A stretch of 42,919 bases of DNA from IMG/VR virus record IMGVR_UViG_3300008085_000053, positions 1 through 42,919 of that record; one strand, given 5' to 3'. Shown piece by piece: positions 1 to 9,800 of the stretch. Numbering within the stretch: the first letter of the stretch is position 1; each line of letters begins with the position of its first letter. The position numbers and the translations under genes are program-made. Origin of the DNA: a virus. Lineage: Duplodnaviria; Caudoviricetes. The notes beneath the pieces are model-generated. The model searched no databases, had not been told where the DNA came from, and was given only the letters and a program-made list of their open reading frames with translations.

Positions 1-2
1 CC

Positions 3-110
3 ATTCCGCTGGGCCTGATGGCAGCCGATGGCGAGGACGTGAACTCCAGCCTGGCGCACACCATCGTGATGAGCTTCTACGATTATCTCCCTGACGCCGC
101 TGAGGCCTAA
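3..110 (+). CDS. Major tail tube protein, 3' end (partial)
   Basis: Open frame IPLGLMAADGEDVNSSLAHTIVMSFYDYLPDAAEA* ending TAA at 108-110; lies immediately before the tail chaperone. Confidence 0.7.
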   Translation: MPLGLMAADGEDVNSSLAHTIVMSFYDYLPDAAEA

Positions 111-120
111 GGGGTTCTAA

Positions 121-140
121 GGAGGGCTTCACGGCCCTCC
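121..140 (+). terminator. Hairpin after tail tube gene (possible partial terminator)
   Basis: GGAGGGC-TTCACG-GCCCTCC stem-loop followed by a pyrimidine-rich tract, but no true U run. Confidence 0.4.
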
Positions 141-171
141 TCCTCCTACTAACTTGCTGAGGAGCAAAACA

Positions 172-654
172 ATGGCAAAGACGAAAAAGAAGGGTGGCTA
201 CGGTTCATTCCGTTCCGACACCGCTGCAGAACAAGAAGGCGTTGAACTGGACTATGGTCCCTTCCGTGTCACGATCGCTCGTGCCGGTGGGGCCAACAAG
301 TCCTATGAGCGCATTTTGGAAGCTCTGACCAAGCCCTATCGCCGCGCGATCCAACTCGAGACCCTCGACCAGAAGGTCTCCGAAAAGATTATGAAGGAAG
401 CGATGGCAAAGGCAATCGTTCTGAACTGGGAGGTCCTGGTCGACGCCGAGGGCGCCCCTGATCCTGACGGCACCGACTGGAAGCAAGGTCTCGAAGACCC
501 TGACACCGGCGAACTGCTGGAGTTCAACTGGGAGAACGTGCTGAAGGTCCTGCAGCACAAGGAAATCCAAAACCTCTATAACGACCTCCGGGTCCAGTCT
601 GGCAAGGAAGCTCTGTTCCTGCAGACGCGTCGGGAAACGGAGGGAAACGCCTAG
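172..654 (+). CDS. Tail assembly chaperone (gpG-like)
   Basis: GAGGAG RBS before ATG 172; position between tail tube and tape measure; ends in slippery G GGA AAC. Confidence 0.8.
   Translation: MAKTKKKGGYGSFRSDTAAEQEGVELDYGPFRVTIARAGGANKSYERILEALTKPYRRAIQLETLDQKVSEKIMKEAMAKAIVLNWEVLVDAEGAPDPDGTDWKQGLEDPDTGELLEFNWENVLKVLQHKEIQNLYNDLRVQSGKEALFLQTRRETEGNA
642..648 (+). other. Programmed -1 ribosomal frameshift site GGGAAAC
   Basis: In-phase G GGA AAC one codon before TAG; the -1 frame is open from 648 and continuous with ORF 717-986. Confidence 0.85.
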
Positions 655-986
655 TTGCGTTCCTCATCTATCAGCTGGAGCAAGGGCCAGTCGAGGAACA
701 GATCATCAAAATTGCGATGAGGTCCAATCAACCTCTTCCGGACCCCATCGCTAACGCTCCTGAAATACCCCTTGGCTTGGGCTTCTTCTACAAAGCCTTT
801 CAGGAGCTATCCTCGGAACGTATGGAAGGACCTATACCTGGTTCAGCGATCAGGGCCTACTGTCGAGACGAGGAGATAACGGGAGAGCTGGCTGACGATG
901 TGAAATATCACATTAGAAACTTGGACAATGCCCTGCTGGATTACCGACGTAAGAAGGCAGAAAAAGAAAACGGGGGCAAAACGTAA
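648..986 (+). CDS. Tail assembly chaperone frameshift extension (gpT part of gpGT)
   Basis: The -1 frame reads RLVAFLIYQLEQGPVEEQIIKIA directly into MRSNQPLPDP...; no clear RBS at 717. Confidence 0.8.
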   Translation, partial: RLVAFLIYQLEQGPVEEQIIKIAMRSNQPLPDPIANAPEIPLGLGFFYKAFQELSSERMEGPIPGSAIRAYCRDEEITGELADDVKYHIRNLDNALLDYRRKKAEKENGGKT

Positions 987-1492
987 TGGCTGATGGTTTC
1001 AGTGAACTTGGGAGACGGCTTCGTGTCCGTGCCCACCAGGTCGGCCGCTGGAGCCATGCCACGCCCCGTAAGGCAACCAAAGTTTTGGTTAGCTCGCTCA
1101 TCCGTTCCACCCCCGTCGATCGCGGTGTGGCACGATCCAACTGGCAGGTCGCAACAGGAGCTTCCCTCGCTTCTGTGCGGCCTGCCTTTGCACCTGGGCG
1201 TCGGTTGGGCCTCGGTGAAACCCGAAATGCCGCAGCCGCTATTGCTGACGCCTTCGCGCGTATCGATAGAGCCCCTTCAGCAGGGTTCCTGCAAAGGTTC
1301 CTTAACGCAGGCATTGCGGAAGCAGCTGGCGGGACGTCCTTCTACGTCTCCAACCCCGTTTACTACATCGAAGCTCTAGATCAAGGGCACTCAAAGCAAC
1401 AAGCCGCTGGCTGGGTGCGCAGGGCTATCGATCAAGCCCGCATCGAGGTTCGGCGGAACAAGATTTTTGACGACTTTGGCGGGAGGCCCTGA
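986..1492 (+). CDS. Tail completion/neck protein (HK97 gp10-like)
   Basis: Motifs STPVDRGVARSNW and SNPVYYIEALDQGHSKQ..GWV; TAATG coupling to the upstream gene. Confidence 0.7.
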   Translation: MADGFSELGRRLRVRAHQVGRWSHATPRKATKVLVSSLIRSTPVDRGVARSNWQVATGASLASVRPAFAPGRRLGLGETRNAAAAIADAFARIDRAPSAGFLQRFLNAGIAEAAGGTSFYVSNPVYYIEALDQGHSKQQAAGWVRRAIDQARIEVRRNKIFDDFGGRP

Positions 1493-4400
1493 TGCCTACT
1501 GAACGCATAGACATCATTGTCACGGAGCGTGGCACCCGCCAAGTCAAGCGGAACATCGAGGACCTGGCCTCCGCTTCGGATCGTGCTGGTAGCGAACTCG
1601 ACCAGCTTCGCCGTGCCCTTCGTGGTATTTCACCGACGTCTCAACTCAACCAAACGCTTGAGCAAATCCAGTCCTTGCGCCGTGCGCTTGCGGCTCCACG
1701 CTCTCGTGCCTCTTGGCTGAACACTCCCATTTCCGAAGCCAATGCCGCCCTGGTGCAAGTCGGCACCAATCTTCGCAATGCGCGTCGTGAAATGGGCACA
1801 AACGTTGAATGGAGCGCCGTTCAGGAGTTCCGGCAAGCTGAAGCTGAGCTGGATGACATCATGCGGAAACTGCGGGCTGTCCGGGCCATGCAGCAGGAGC
1901 ATATTTCCCGCAACAATATCCGAGATAGAACGACTGGGCTAGGCCCGGTCATTCCGCCAGTTGTTTCGCTTCCGGAGGTGAACAGGTTCGCCGCGGACGC
2001 GGAGCGTGCGGCCCGTGCGTCCAGCGACTTGGCAGATAATGTCAACCGTGCTGGTGGTGCGGCCCGGGGCGCCCACAGACCGTTCGTGCTCCTCAATCGG
2101 CATGTGGGCGCCTTCGGTGCGACAGTCGTGGCCATGGAACTCATGCGCCTTTCTGATAGCGCAACAGTGGTGGCCAACCGTATCAATATCGTGAGCGACA
2201 GCGTTGGAGAAGCTGAAAGCTCCATGTCTGAGCTTTACGACATTGCCCGCCGGACCAGAACGCCAATTGAAGAACTGGCACAGCTGTTCCAAAAAGGTAT
2301 GATGGCTGCAGGCGAGCTTGGCGTAAACCAAGCTGAGGTCCTGCGGTTTGTGGAAGCTGTTGGTATGGGTCTTGCTGTTCAAGGCTCCTCTGCTCAGACC
2401 GCTCGAGGCGCTCTGATCCAGCTCTCGCAAGCCATCGGCACGGACATTGTGCGGGCTGAAGAATTCAACTCCATCCTTGAGGGCGCCTTTCCGATTGCCC
2501 TCGCGGCTGCCCGGGGCATTGATCGCGCTGGCGGCTCGGTTGCTCGCCTACGTCGCATGGTTATTGATGGCGAGGTCTCCTCGCAAGAGTTCTTCAACGC
2601 CATCATGTCTCAGTATCCGCAGATTGCGGATATGTTCGCCCAAACTGAGCCGACGATCAGCCAGGCGTTCACGGTGCTCAGGAACAAGCTTACCGAGTAT
2701 ATCTCGACTTCCGAAGAGGCACAGGCCATCTCGAGTGCCGTTGCGGATAGCATCATCCTCATCGCCGACAATATCGAGCCTCTGGCAGACATCCTGTTCT
2801 CCTTGGGCATCGCTTGGGGCGTAGCCTTCACGGCCAGCAAGATTGCTCTGGTTGGTCGGATGGCCACTAACGTTGGGCTTTTGGGCACTGCTGCTCAGGG
2901 CTTGAAAATGGTGCTTGGCTTTATGGGAGGCCCAATTGTTGGTGGACTTGCTCTGCTGGCTGGCGCTGCTTTTTGGGTCTACCAAAACACCGATAGGGCA
3001 GCAGACAAAATTGAGCGGCTGCGCGAGGTCATGGACGATGGCGTGACGGCGCTTCAGACCTATAATGAGCATGTCCAAATCGCTCGCCAGGAGCAGGAAG
3101 AACTCGGCGGGGTTATCAACCTCACCACCGAGGCGATGCTTCGCCAGTCTCGTGCTGAACTGCAGGCTTCGCTTGGGGACCTGCGTGATGAAATTCGTGG
3201 CATGGAAAGCGAGATTGGTGGCACTGGCCTCAATCCCTTCAATATGGACAATATCCGCGCTGCTCTTAGTGAGATTGCGTCTATAGGCGGGTTCCGGGAC
3301 TTTGACAGCACCCGCGAAGATATGCGGTCTTTCCGTAGCGAGGATATTGAACGGCTTTATGACCTGCTGTCTGCTGTTCAGGACGGCACCGGCACAATTG
3401 AAGACTTCTATGCGGCTGTTGAACGAGTGCGTGGCGTTGGGCCTGAGGTCAGTGCGGCAGCCGAGGACCTTGCAACTGCCCTTAGCGCTTTGCCTGAAGA
3501 CCTGACCCAAACGCCGACTGCTCAAGCCCAGCTCTGGCTTCAACAGACCGAGGAACAATTGGCCAATATCGCCACTGCAATCGGGGGCTTGGATGCGGAA
3601 ATTACGGCCGCAGCCAACGCTCAGTCTTTGCCTGAAAAGGTTGAGGCTTTGCAAGCGCTGCAAGCTGGGCTTGAGTCAGCTCAGATGGCTGGCAATCTTG
3701 TCCGAGGCTCCAGCTGGATTTCTGATACTGCCGACCTGCTGAAAGCCCTGCAAGACGCTCGTGATTTGGAACAGAGCATGATGGAGGCTCTTGGCGCCAA
3801 CGCAGATAGACTGAATGAACTCGCCACTGAAGCTGAGCGGTTCCGCACGCCTATGGACGGCGCCGCGGGTGCCGCCGATCAGACCGAGGCAACACTTGAC
3901 CGGATCAACTTTACCCCGCTGGAAGAAGGGGCTCGAGGGTTTGCGGACCAGCTCATCCGGGCAGCGGCTGCCGCTTCCGTCATCAATGGCCTGGAAGCGC
4001 CAGCCGCCAATAACAACGCGCCCATCATGGCATCGTATAACCCCACTCGTGACCAGATTGGTGGCAACGGGTTGATGCAGCTTAACTCTGGCGGCTCATT
4101 TACTGTCGGGGGCAATGGCGGCGTCGACCAGAACTTGGTTTCTTTCTGGGCGTCCAAAGGGGAACAGGTTACGGTCACACCTCGCGGGGGCGGCTTGATG
4201 GGGGCAGATCGTGCGGGTCAATCTGAGGAATACCTGAACGTTATCCAGCTTATTAACCAGGAGCTTCAAACCCGCTACGATAACATCATGCGGAACAACC
4301 AGGGCATGCAGGAGCAACAAATCCTGCAAGATGCTCTGCAGATTGCCCAGCGTGAAGGCGCCGTCCTTGCTCAGCAGGACATTGAACTGATCCGCGAACA

Positions 4401-4902
4401 AGCCGGCGCTCTGGCGCAGCTTGAACGTCAACTTGACTTGGTGGATGAAATCACAAATGCGGTGTTTGACAATATGGAAAGCGCCCTCAATAAGTTTGTG
4501 GAAACAGGCACCTTCAACTTCAATGAGTTTGCCACCTCTGTCATAAAAGACCTTGCCCAAATTGGCATTCAAATGATGATTATCGCGCCCCTGAAGAACT
4601 TCTTTGGCGGCATTCTTGGTAATCTCATGCCTGACTTGGCCGCGTCTTTGCCCGGGCGCAACGAAGGCGCCGACTTCATGGTTGGCGGCACTGGCGGTGT
4701 GGACAAGAACGTTGTGGCCTTCCGGGCGTCCCGCGGTGAGCGTGTTCAGGTCACGCCTGCCGGCAAAGCGTCACAAGGCCAAGGGGGCGGCACGGTGGTG
4801 TTCAATATCAGCACTCCTGATGTGGAAGGCTTCCGTCGGTCTGAAAGCCAGATGGCAGCAAGAGCCCAGCGTATGCTGGCACGTGGGCAAAGGAATAGCT
4901 GA
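1492..4902 (+). CDS. Tape measure protein
   Basis: 1136 aa, Ala-rich helical; tape-measure N-domain motif (GALIQLSQA...RAEEFNSILE); GTA-like C-end (VVFNISTPDVEGFRRSESQMAAR..RGQRN). Confidence 0.92.
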   Translation: MPTERIDIIVTERGTRQVKRNIEDLASASDRAGSELDQLRRALRGISPTSQLNQTLEQIQSLRRALAAPRSRASWLNTPISEANAALVQVGTNLRNARREMGTNVEWSAVQEFRQAEAELDDIMRKLRAVRAMQQEHISRNNIRDRTTGLGPVIPPVVSLPEVNRFAADAERAARASSDLADNVNRAGGAARGAHRPFVLLNRHVGAFGATVVAMELMRLSDSATVVANRINIVSDSVGEAESSMSELYDIARRTRTPIEELAQLFQKGMMAAGELGVNQAEVLRFVEAVGMGLAVQGSSAQTARGALIQLSQAIGTDIVRAEEFNSILEGAFPIALAAARGIDRAGGSVARLRRMVIDGEVSSQEFFNAIMSQYPQIADMFAQTEPTISQAFTVLRNKLTEYISTSEEAQAISSAVADSIILIADNIEPLADILFSLGIAWGVAFTASKIALVGRMATNVGLLGTAAQGLKMVLGFMGGPIVGGLALLAGAAFWVYQNTDRAADKIERLREVMDDGVTALQTYNEHVQIARQEQEELGGVINLTTEAMLRQSRAELQASLGDLRDEIRGMESEIGGTGLNPFNMDNIRAALSEIASIGGFRDFDSTREDMRSFRSEDIERLYDLLSAVQDGTGTIEDFYAAVERVRGVGPEVSAAAEDLATALSALPEDLTQTPTAQAQLWLQQTEEQLANIATAIGGLDAEITAAANAQSLPEKVEALQALQAGLESAQMAGNLVRGSSWISDTADLLKALQDARDLEQSMMEALGANADRLNELATEAERFRTPMDGAAGAADQTEATLDRINFTPLEEGARGFADQLIRAAAAASVINGLEAPAANNNAPIMASYNPTRDQIGGNGLMQLNSGGSFTVGGNGGVDQNLVSFWASKGEQVTVTPRGGGLMGADRAGQSEEYLNVIQLINQELQTRYDNIMRNNQGMQEQQILQDALQIAQREGAVLAQQDIELIREQAGALAQLERQLDLVDEITNAVFDNMESALNKFVETGTFNFNEFATSVIKDLAQIGIQMMIIAPLKNFFGGILGNLMPDLAASLPGRNEGADFMVGGTGGVDKNVVAFRASRGERVQVTPAGKASQGQGGGTVVFNISTPDVEGFRRSESQMAARAQRMLARGQRNS

Positions 4903-5534
4903 TGGCTGATTTTCACGAAGTTCGTTTCCCAAGCAGCATCAGCCGCGGGTCCTCAGGGGGTCCGCGGCGTCGCACTGATATTGTGACCCTGCGTTCAGGC
5001 TATGAGGAGCGCAACTCGGTGTGGGCTGACAGCCGTCGAGAGTATGACGCGGGCTTGGGTATCCGGGACATTGATGATCTGCACAAAGTGCTGGAGTTCT
5101 TTGAGGCTCGGCTGGGCCGTCTCTATGGCTTTCGGTGGAAAGACTGGGCCGACTACAAGTCGTGCGCTCCCAACAAAGCCGTGAAGCGGGACGATCAGAC
5201 GATTGGCACTGGCGACGGTGCTGAAACGCAATTCCAGCTTATCAAAGCCTACACTTCAGGCCCGACAACCTACACCCGGGCCATCAAGAAGCCGGTCAGT
5301 GGAACTGTCTTGGTCGAAGTGAACGGATCGCTGGTTGATGGCGCTGACTACTCAGTAAACACCGAGACGGGGATCGTCACCTTCAATAGTGCTCCTGCCA
5401 ATACCCAGGTTATCAAAGCTGGGTATGAGTTTGATGTGCCCGTCCGGTTTACCAATGACCATATTGATGTAACCGTGGACCTATTCAGCGCTGGCCAAGT
5501 GCCACAAATCAACGTAATTGAGGTGAAAGTCTAA
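4902..5534 (+). CDS. Distal tail protein, DUF2460 / RcGTA g12-like
   Basis: FHEVRFP..SRGSSGGP.RRTDIV; FFEARLGRLYGFRWKDWADYKS; AGYEFDVPVRF. Confidence 0.9.
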   Translation: MADFHEVRFPSSISRGSSGGPRRRTDIVTLRSGYEERNSVWADSRREYDAGLGIRDIDDLHKVLEFFEARLGRLYGFRWKDWADYKSCAPNKAVKRDDQTIGTGDGAETQFQLIKAYTSGPTTYTRAIKKPVSGTVLVEVNGSLVDGADYSVNTETGIVTFNSAPANTQVIKAGYEFDVPVRFTNDHIDVTVDLFSAGQVPQINVIEVKV

Positions 5535-6430
5535 TGCCCAAAAAGCTTTCAACTGCCCTGCAAGCGCACCTTGACGGTCGTGCCACCAAAATGGTATATT
5601 GCTGGAAGGTAACACGCAATGACGGGCTCGTTCAGGGGTTCACTGACCATGATAACGATCTGGCCTTTGATGGAGTGACCTACGAGGCGGCAACGGGTTT
5701 CACAGCCTCTCAATTTGCGTCCAGTACGGGCCTCGCGGTGGACAACTTCGAGGTTGAAGGGGCTTTGTCCTCCAGCAACATCAATGAAGCTGACTTGGCA
5801 GCGGGCCACTATGATAACGCAGAGGTTGTCGTTTACTGGGTAAACTGGAGTGACGTTTCCGAGCGCCATATTCGAAGCAAGGGCTACATTGGTGAGGTTA
5901 AGCGCCACGGGGTTATGTTCTCCGCAGAGATGCGCGGCCTTTCCAACATGCTTCAGCAGAAGGTCGGGCGTAAGTATCAGCGCTATTGTAACGCCGTGAT
6001 CGGTGACGCCCGTTGTGGTATCAACCTCTCGGACGCCGCCTATCGCGGAACGGGCACGGTTAACAGCGTAAGCAGCAACCGAGCTTTCACCGCGACCGGC
6101 CTGACAGGCTTCGACGACGATTGGTTCACCGCGGGCATGGTGAATTGGACGTCCGGGAACAACAATAACTCGGGCATGGAGGTAAAGCTCCATGACTTCA
6201 CTAGCGGGGTTGTCACCATTGAGCTTTGGCAGCTCATGCCTGCAGACATTGCCATTTCCGATACTTTCGCCATCACCGTTGGGTGCAAGCAAGACGCCGC
6301 TACCTGCAATGAGAAGTTCAACAATATCGTGAACTTCCGCGGGTTCAACCTTATCCCTGGTCCTGACATGCTGTTGTTCTATCCCAAAGTTGGTGACGAC
6401 AATTTGGATGGCGGGTCGCTGTTTAACTGA
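5534..6430 (+). CDS. Baseplate hub protein, DUF2163 / RcGTA g13-like
   Basis: CWKVTRNDG..GFTDHD; C.A..GDARC; GC.....TC..KFNN..NFRGF. Confidence 0.9.
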   Translation: MPKKLSTALQAHLDGRATKMVYCWKVTRNDGLVQGFTDHDNDLAFDGVTYEAATGFTASQFASSTGLAVDNFEVEGALSSSNINEADLAAGHYDNAEVVVYWVNWSDVSERHIRSKGYIGEVKRHGVMFSAEMRGLSNMLQQKVGRKYQRYCNAVIGDARCGINLSDAAYRGTGTVNSVSSNRAFTATGLTGFDDDWFTAGMVNWTSGNNNNSGMEVKLHDFTSGVVTIELWQLMPADIAISDTFAITVGCKQDAATCNEKFNNIVNFRGFNLIPGPDMLLFYPKVGDDNLDGGSLFN

Positions 6431-6441
6431 GGAGGCCCTAA

Positions 6442-6873
6442 ATGCAAGCGCAGAAGATAGTAACACTGGCTCGCTCCTGGATCGGAACGCCGTATCATAA
6501 CATGGCGGCAGTGAAGGGCCGTGGTTGCGATTGTCTGGGCCTTCTGCGCGGCATATATGCAGAGGCATACGGGGAGCTAGTGAAGCCTCCCGCCTACCGA
6601 GGTCGTCCGCCACGCAAGAACATTGGCCAAGAGACGATGCTGGATGCAGCACGGCAATACTTGATAGAGGTTCCTGTGGAGATACGGGGACCTGCTGTCG
6701 TTTTGGTGTTCCGGACCCACCTTAAGCTGGTGGCATGGCATTGTGGCATCATGACGACAGAGACTGAAATGGTTCACTCCCATAGCGGCCGCGAGGTCTA
6801 TGAGGTGACCCTGGGCGAACGGTGGGAGCCGAAGGTTGTTGGTGCCTTCAAGTTTCCTGACATTGAGGATTAA
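6442..6873 (+). CDS. NlpC/P60 tail peptidase, RcGTA g14-like
   Basis: ARSWIGTPY...GCDCLGLLRG; HCGI; VHSH; GAGGAGG RBS. Confidence 0.9.
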   Translation: MQAQKIVTLARSWIGTPYHNMAAVKGRGCDCLGLLRGIYAEAYGELVKPPAYRGRPPRKNIGQETMLDAARQYLIEVPVEIRGPAVVLVFRTHLKLVAWHCGIMTTETEMVHSHSGREVYEVTLGERWEPKVVGAFKFPDIED

Positions 6874-6875
6874 AG

Positions 6876-9800
6876 ATGGCTACTCTTGCCCTTGGACTTG
6901 TCGGCACGGCGATCGGCGCTAGCATTGGCGGTGGTATCACTGTCCTTGGTGCCACGCTGACTGCTGCGTCCATTGGCGGAGCAATTGGTTCTTTCGTTGG
7001 CGGCATTGTGGACAACATGATTATCGCCGCTCTTACGCCCGCTATACGTAACGAGGGTCCGAGACTTCAAGAGATTACTGTCATGCAGTCCACCGAGGGG
7101 GCGGCGGTGGGTCGTCTCTACGGTATTATGAGAGTTGGCGGCAACCTAATCTGGTCTGCCCGCTTCAAAGAGACTAAGACCACTGAGAGCGAAGAAGTTG
7201 GCGGCAAAGGTGGCGGCGGCGGTGGTCAGACGGTTGAAACTACTACTTACACCTATTCCTGCTCGTTTGCCGTCGCCTTTGGCGAGGGCAATGGCCGCGT
7301 TCAGCTTGGGCGTATCTGGATGGATGGTAAAGAGGTTGACCTCTCCATTGTCCAGTCTACATTCTATCAAGGCACTGAGACTCAAGCTCCCGACTCTGTT
7401 ATTCAGTCGGTTGAAGGCGTAGGCAAAACCCCGGCGTTCCGTGGCACTACCTATATCGTCTTTGAAGACTTTGAGCTGGGCGAGTATAGCAACCGCATCC
7501 CTCAGGTGACTGCAGAGATTATTGCTCCCATTGAGACAAGCGACCCAGACGACATTTCCAACGTGGCTCACTCCTTCTGTCTTATCCCGGGCTCTGGCGA
7601 GTTCGTGTATGGGACAGACGTCTATACGGCTCAGAATGCCTCGAATAACGTGCTGGGTAACTTCTTTTTTGGCGGCACGTTTAAGAACCAGCTTGGCGAT
7701 ACCATTGCTTTGCCCACTCGTAGCGGTGACAACATTGGCGCCACATTCATGAACATGCACAACCAGCGTGGCGTGAGCAACTTTGTTCTGTCTATGACCC
7801 AACTGGAGGCATTCCAACTAAATCTTGACGCCGTGCTGTTGGTCGTCGGGTGGTTTGGAGACGATTTGCGGATCGGGGAATGCGAAATCCGGCCCTATGT
7901 TGAAGTTACGGATCGGAATGGCGTTGTCACGCCCCGTGAATGGAATGTGGCCGGTCTCACTCGGTCCAGCCCGGATGTCCCCCAAGTGGGCCGTGACGCT
8001 GATGGCAACCTTGTCTATGGCGGCACACCCTCTGACGACGTTGTGGTTGAGGCCATTCAATGGCTGAAAGCAAGGGGCCACAGGGTCATCTTCTGCCCCT
8101 TTGTGTTCATGCACATTGAGGGCGGAAACACTCTGCCTGATCCGTATAGCGACAACGCAGCCGACGTCGGCCAACCAGTCTTCCCCTGGCGCGGTCGGAT
8201 CACCTGTAGCCCGGCGGCGGGCTTTGCCGGCACAGTGGACAAGACTGCTGCCGCGGCCACACAGGTCGGCACTTTCTTCACGAGGACCTGGGGCTTCAAC
8301 AATATGGTGGAGCACTATGCGGACCTCTGTGATCGTGCCGGAGGCGTAGACGGGTTTCTCATCGGAACCGAGATGGTGGGCATGACGACCATCAGATCGG
8401 CTGCCGGAACCTTCCCTGCTGTTTCGCGTCTTAAGACCCTTGCGGCAACTGTCAAGGGTATAGTAGGCTCTGGAACAAAGGTCTCCTATGCGGCAGACTG
8501 GTCTGAGTATCATTCCTATCGGCCTGGTGATGGCTCTAATGACGTCTACTTCCATCTTGACCCCCTGTGGGCCGATAGCAATATCGACTTTGTTGGGATC
8601 GACAACTACCTTCCGCTGTCTGACTGGCGCGACGGCTCGTCCCATCTTGACTACGATGCGGACAATGGTATTGTTACACCCCACAACATCGACTACTTGA
8701 AGTCGAATATTGAGGGCGGTGAATACTTCGACTGGTTCTACGCCAACCAAGCCGATCGCGACAGCCAAACCCGCACTCCGATCACGGATGGGGCATACAG
8801 CAAGCCCTGGGTGTTCCGTCAGAAGGATATTCGCAGCTGGTGGACTGAACGCCACTACAATCGCCCTGGCGGAGTAGAAAGTGGCTCTCCGACGGCATGG
8901 ACTTCGGGCATGAAGCCCATGTGGTTCACTGAGTTTGGTTGCCCCTGCGTTGACAAGGGCACAAACCAGCCCAATGTGTTCTACGATCCCAAGTCGTCTG
9001 AGAGCTTTTTCCCGTATTACTCGAACGGGCTGCAGGACGAGTATATCTCCCGCGTCTATGCCGAGGCAATGCTCACTTACTGGAGAGACAACTCGCCTCC
9101 CGGTATGCTGGACATTGACAATATGTTCATTTGGTGCTGGGACGCTCGCCCTTATCCAGATTATCCCAACAGGCTTGACGTGTGGAGTGATGGCACTCTT
9201 TGGCGTTACGGCCATTGGATGACCGGCCGGATTGCTTATCCGGCGCTCCCCCGGCTGATCGAGAAGTTCTGTGAGGAAGTCGGTGTCACGGACATAGACG
9301 TCGAGCGACTGAACGGCACCCAGGGTCTTGTGAAGGGCTATTATATCGATAGCATTACCGCTCCGCGGGACGCTATCGCGTCTCTGATGACCGGCTTCCA
9401 GTTTGACGCCTTTGAAAGCGAGGGTCAGATCAAATTTGCCCTCAAAGCCAGCACCAGCCTAACGGCTCTGACGGTCAATGACTTCGTGTCCACTGAAAGT
9501 GATCCGACTGGTTTCACCATTACCCGCACACAGGACAGTGAATTGCCCAAAAGCGTGGTTGTGGACTTCATTGACGCGGATAACGACTATGAAGTCTCCT
9601 CGCTGGACGCCAAGCGCCACCAGACAACCAATAAGGACGTCTCGTCCCTTCGCTTGCCACAATCGCTGGCTCCGGACTATGTTCGCGGACTGGCTGACAG
9701 CATTCTACACCAGGCCTGGGTTGCGCGTGAGAACGGGGCTCTCAATCTGCCGCCTTCGTTCTTCCGCCTTGATCCGGGCGACGGTATCACCTTCCCTGTC

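Noticed and set aside
632-638. Second GGGAAAC just upstream of the slippery site
   Set aside because: Not in X XXY YYZ phase with the chaperone reading frame
2548-9215. Long antisense ORFs (2548-3663, 5549-6652, 7146-7817, 7818-9215)
   Set aside because: They shadow well-supported + strand tail genes, have no recognisable motifs, and are expected with GC-rich codon bias
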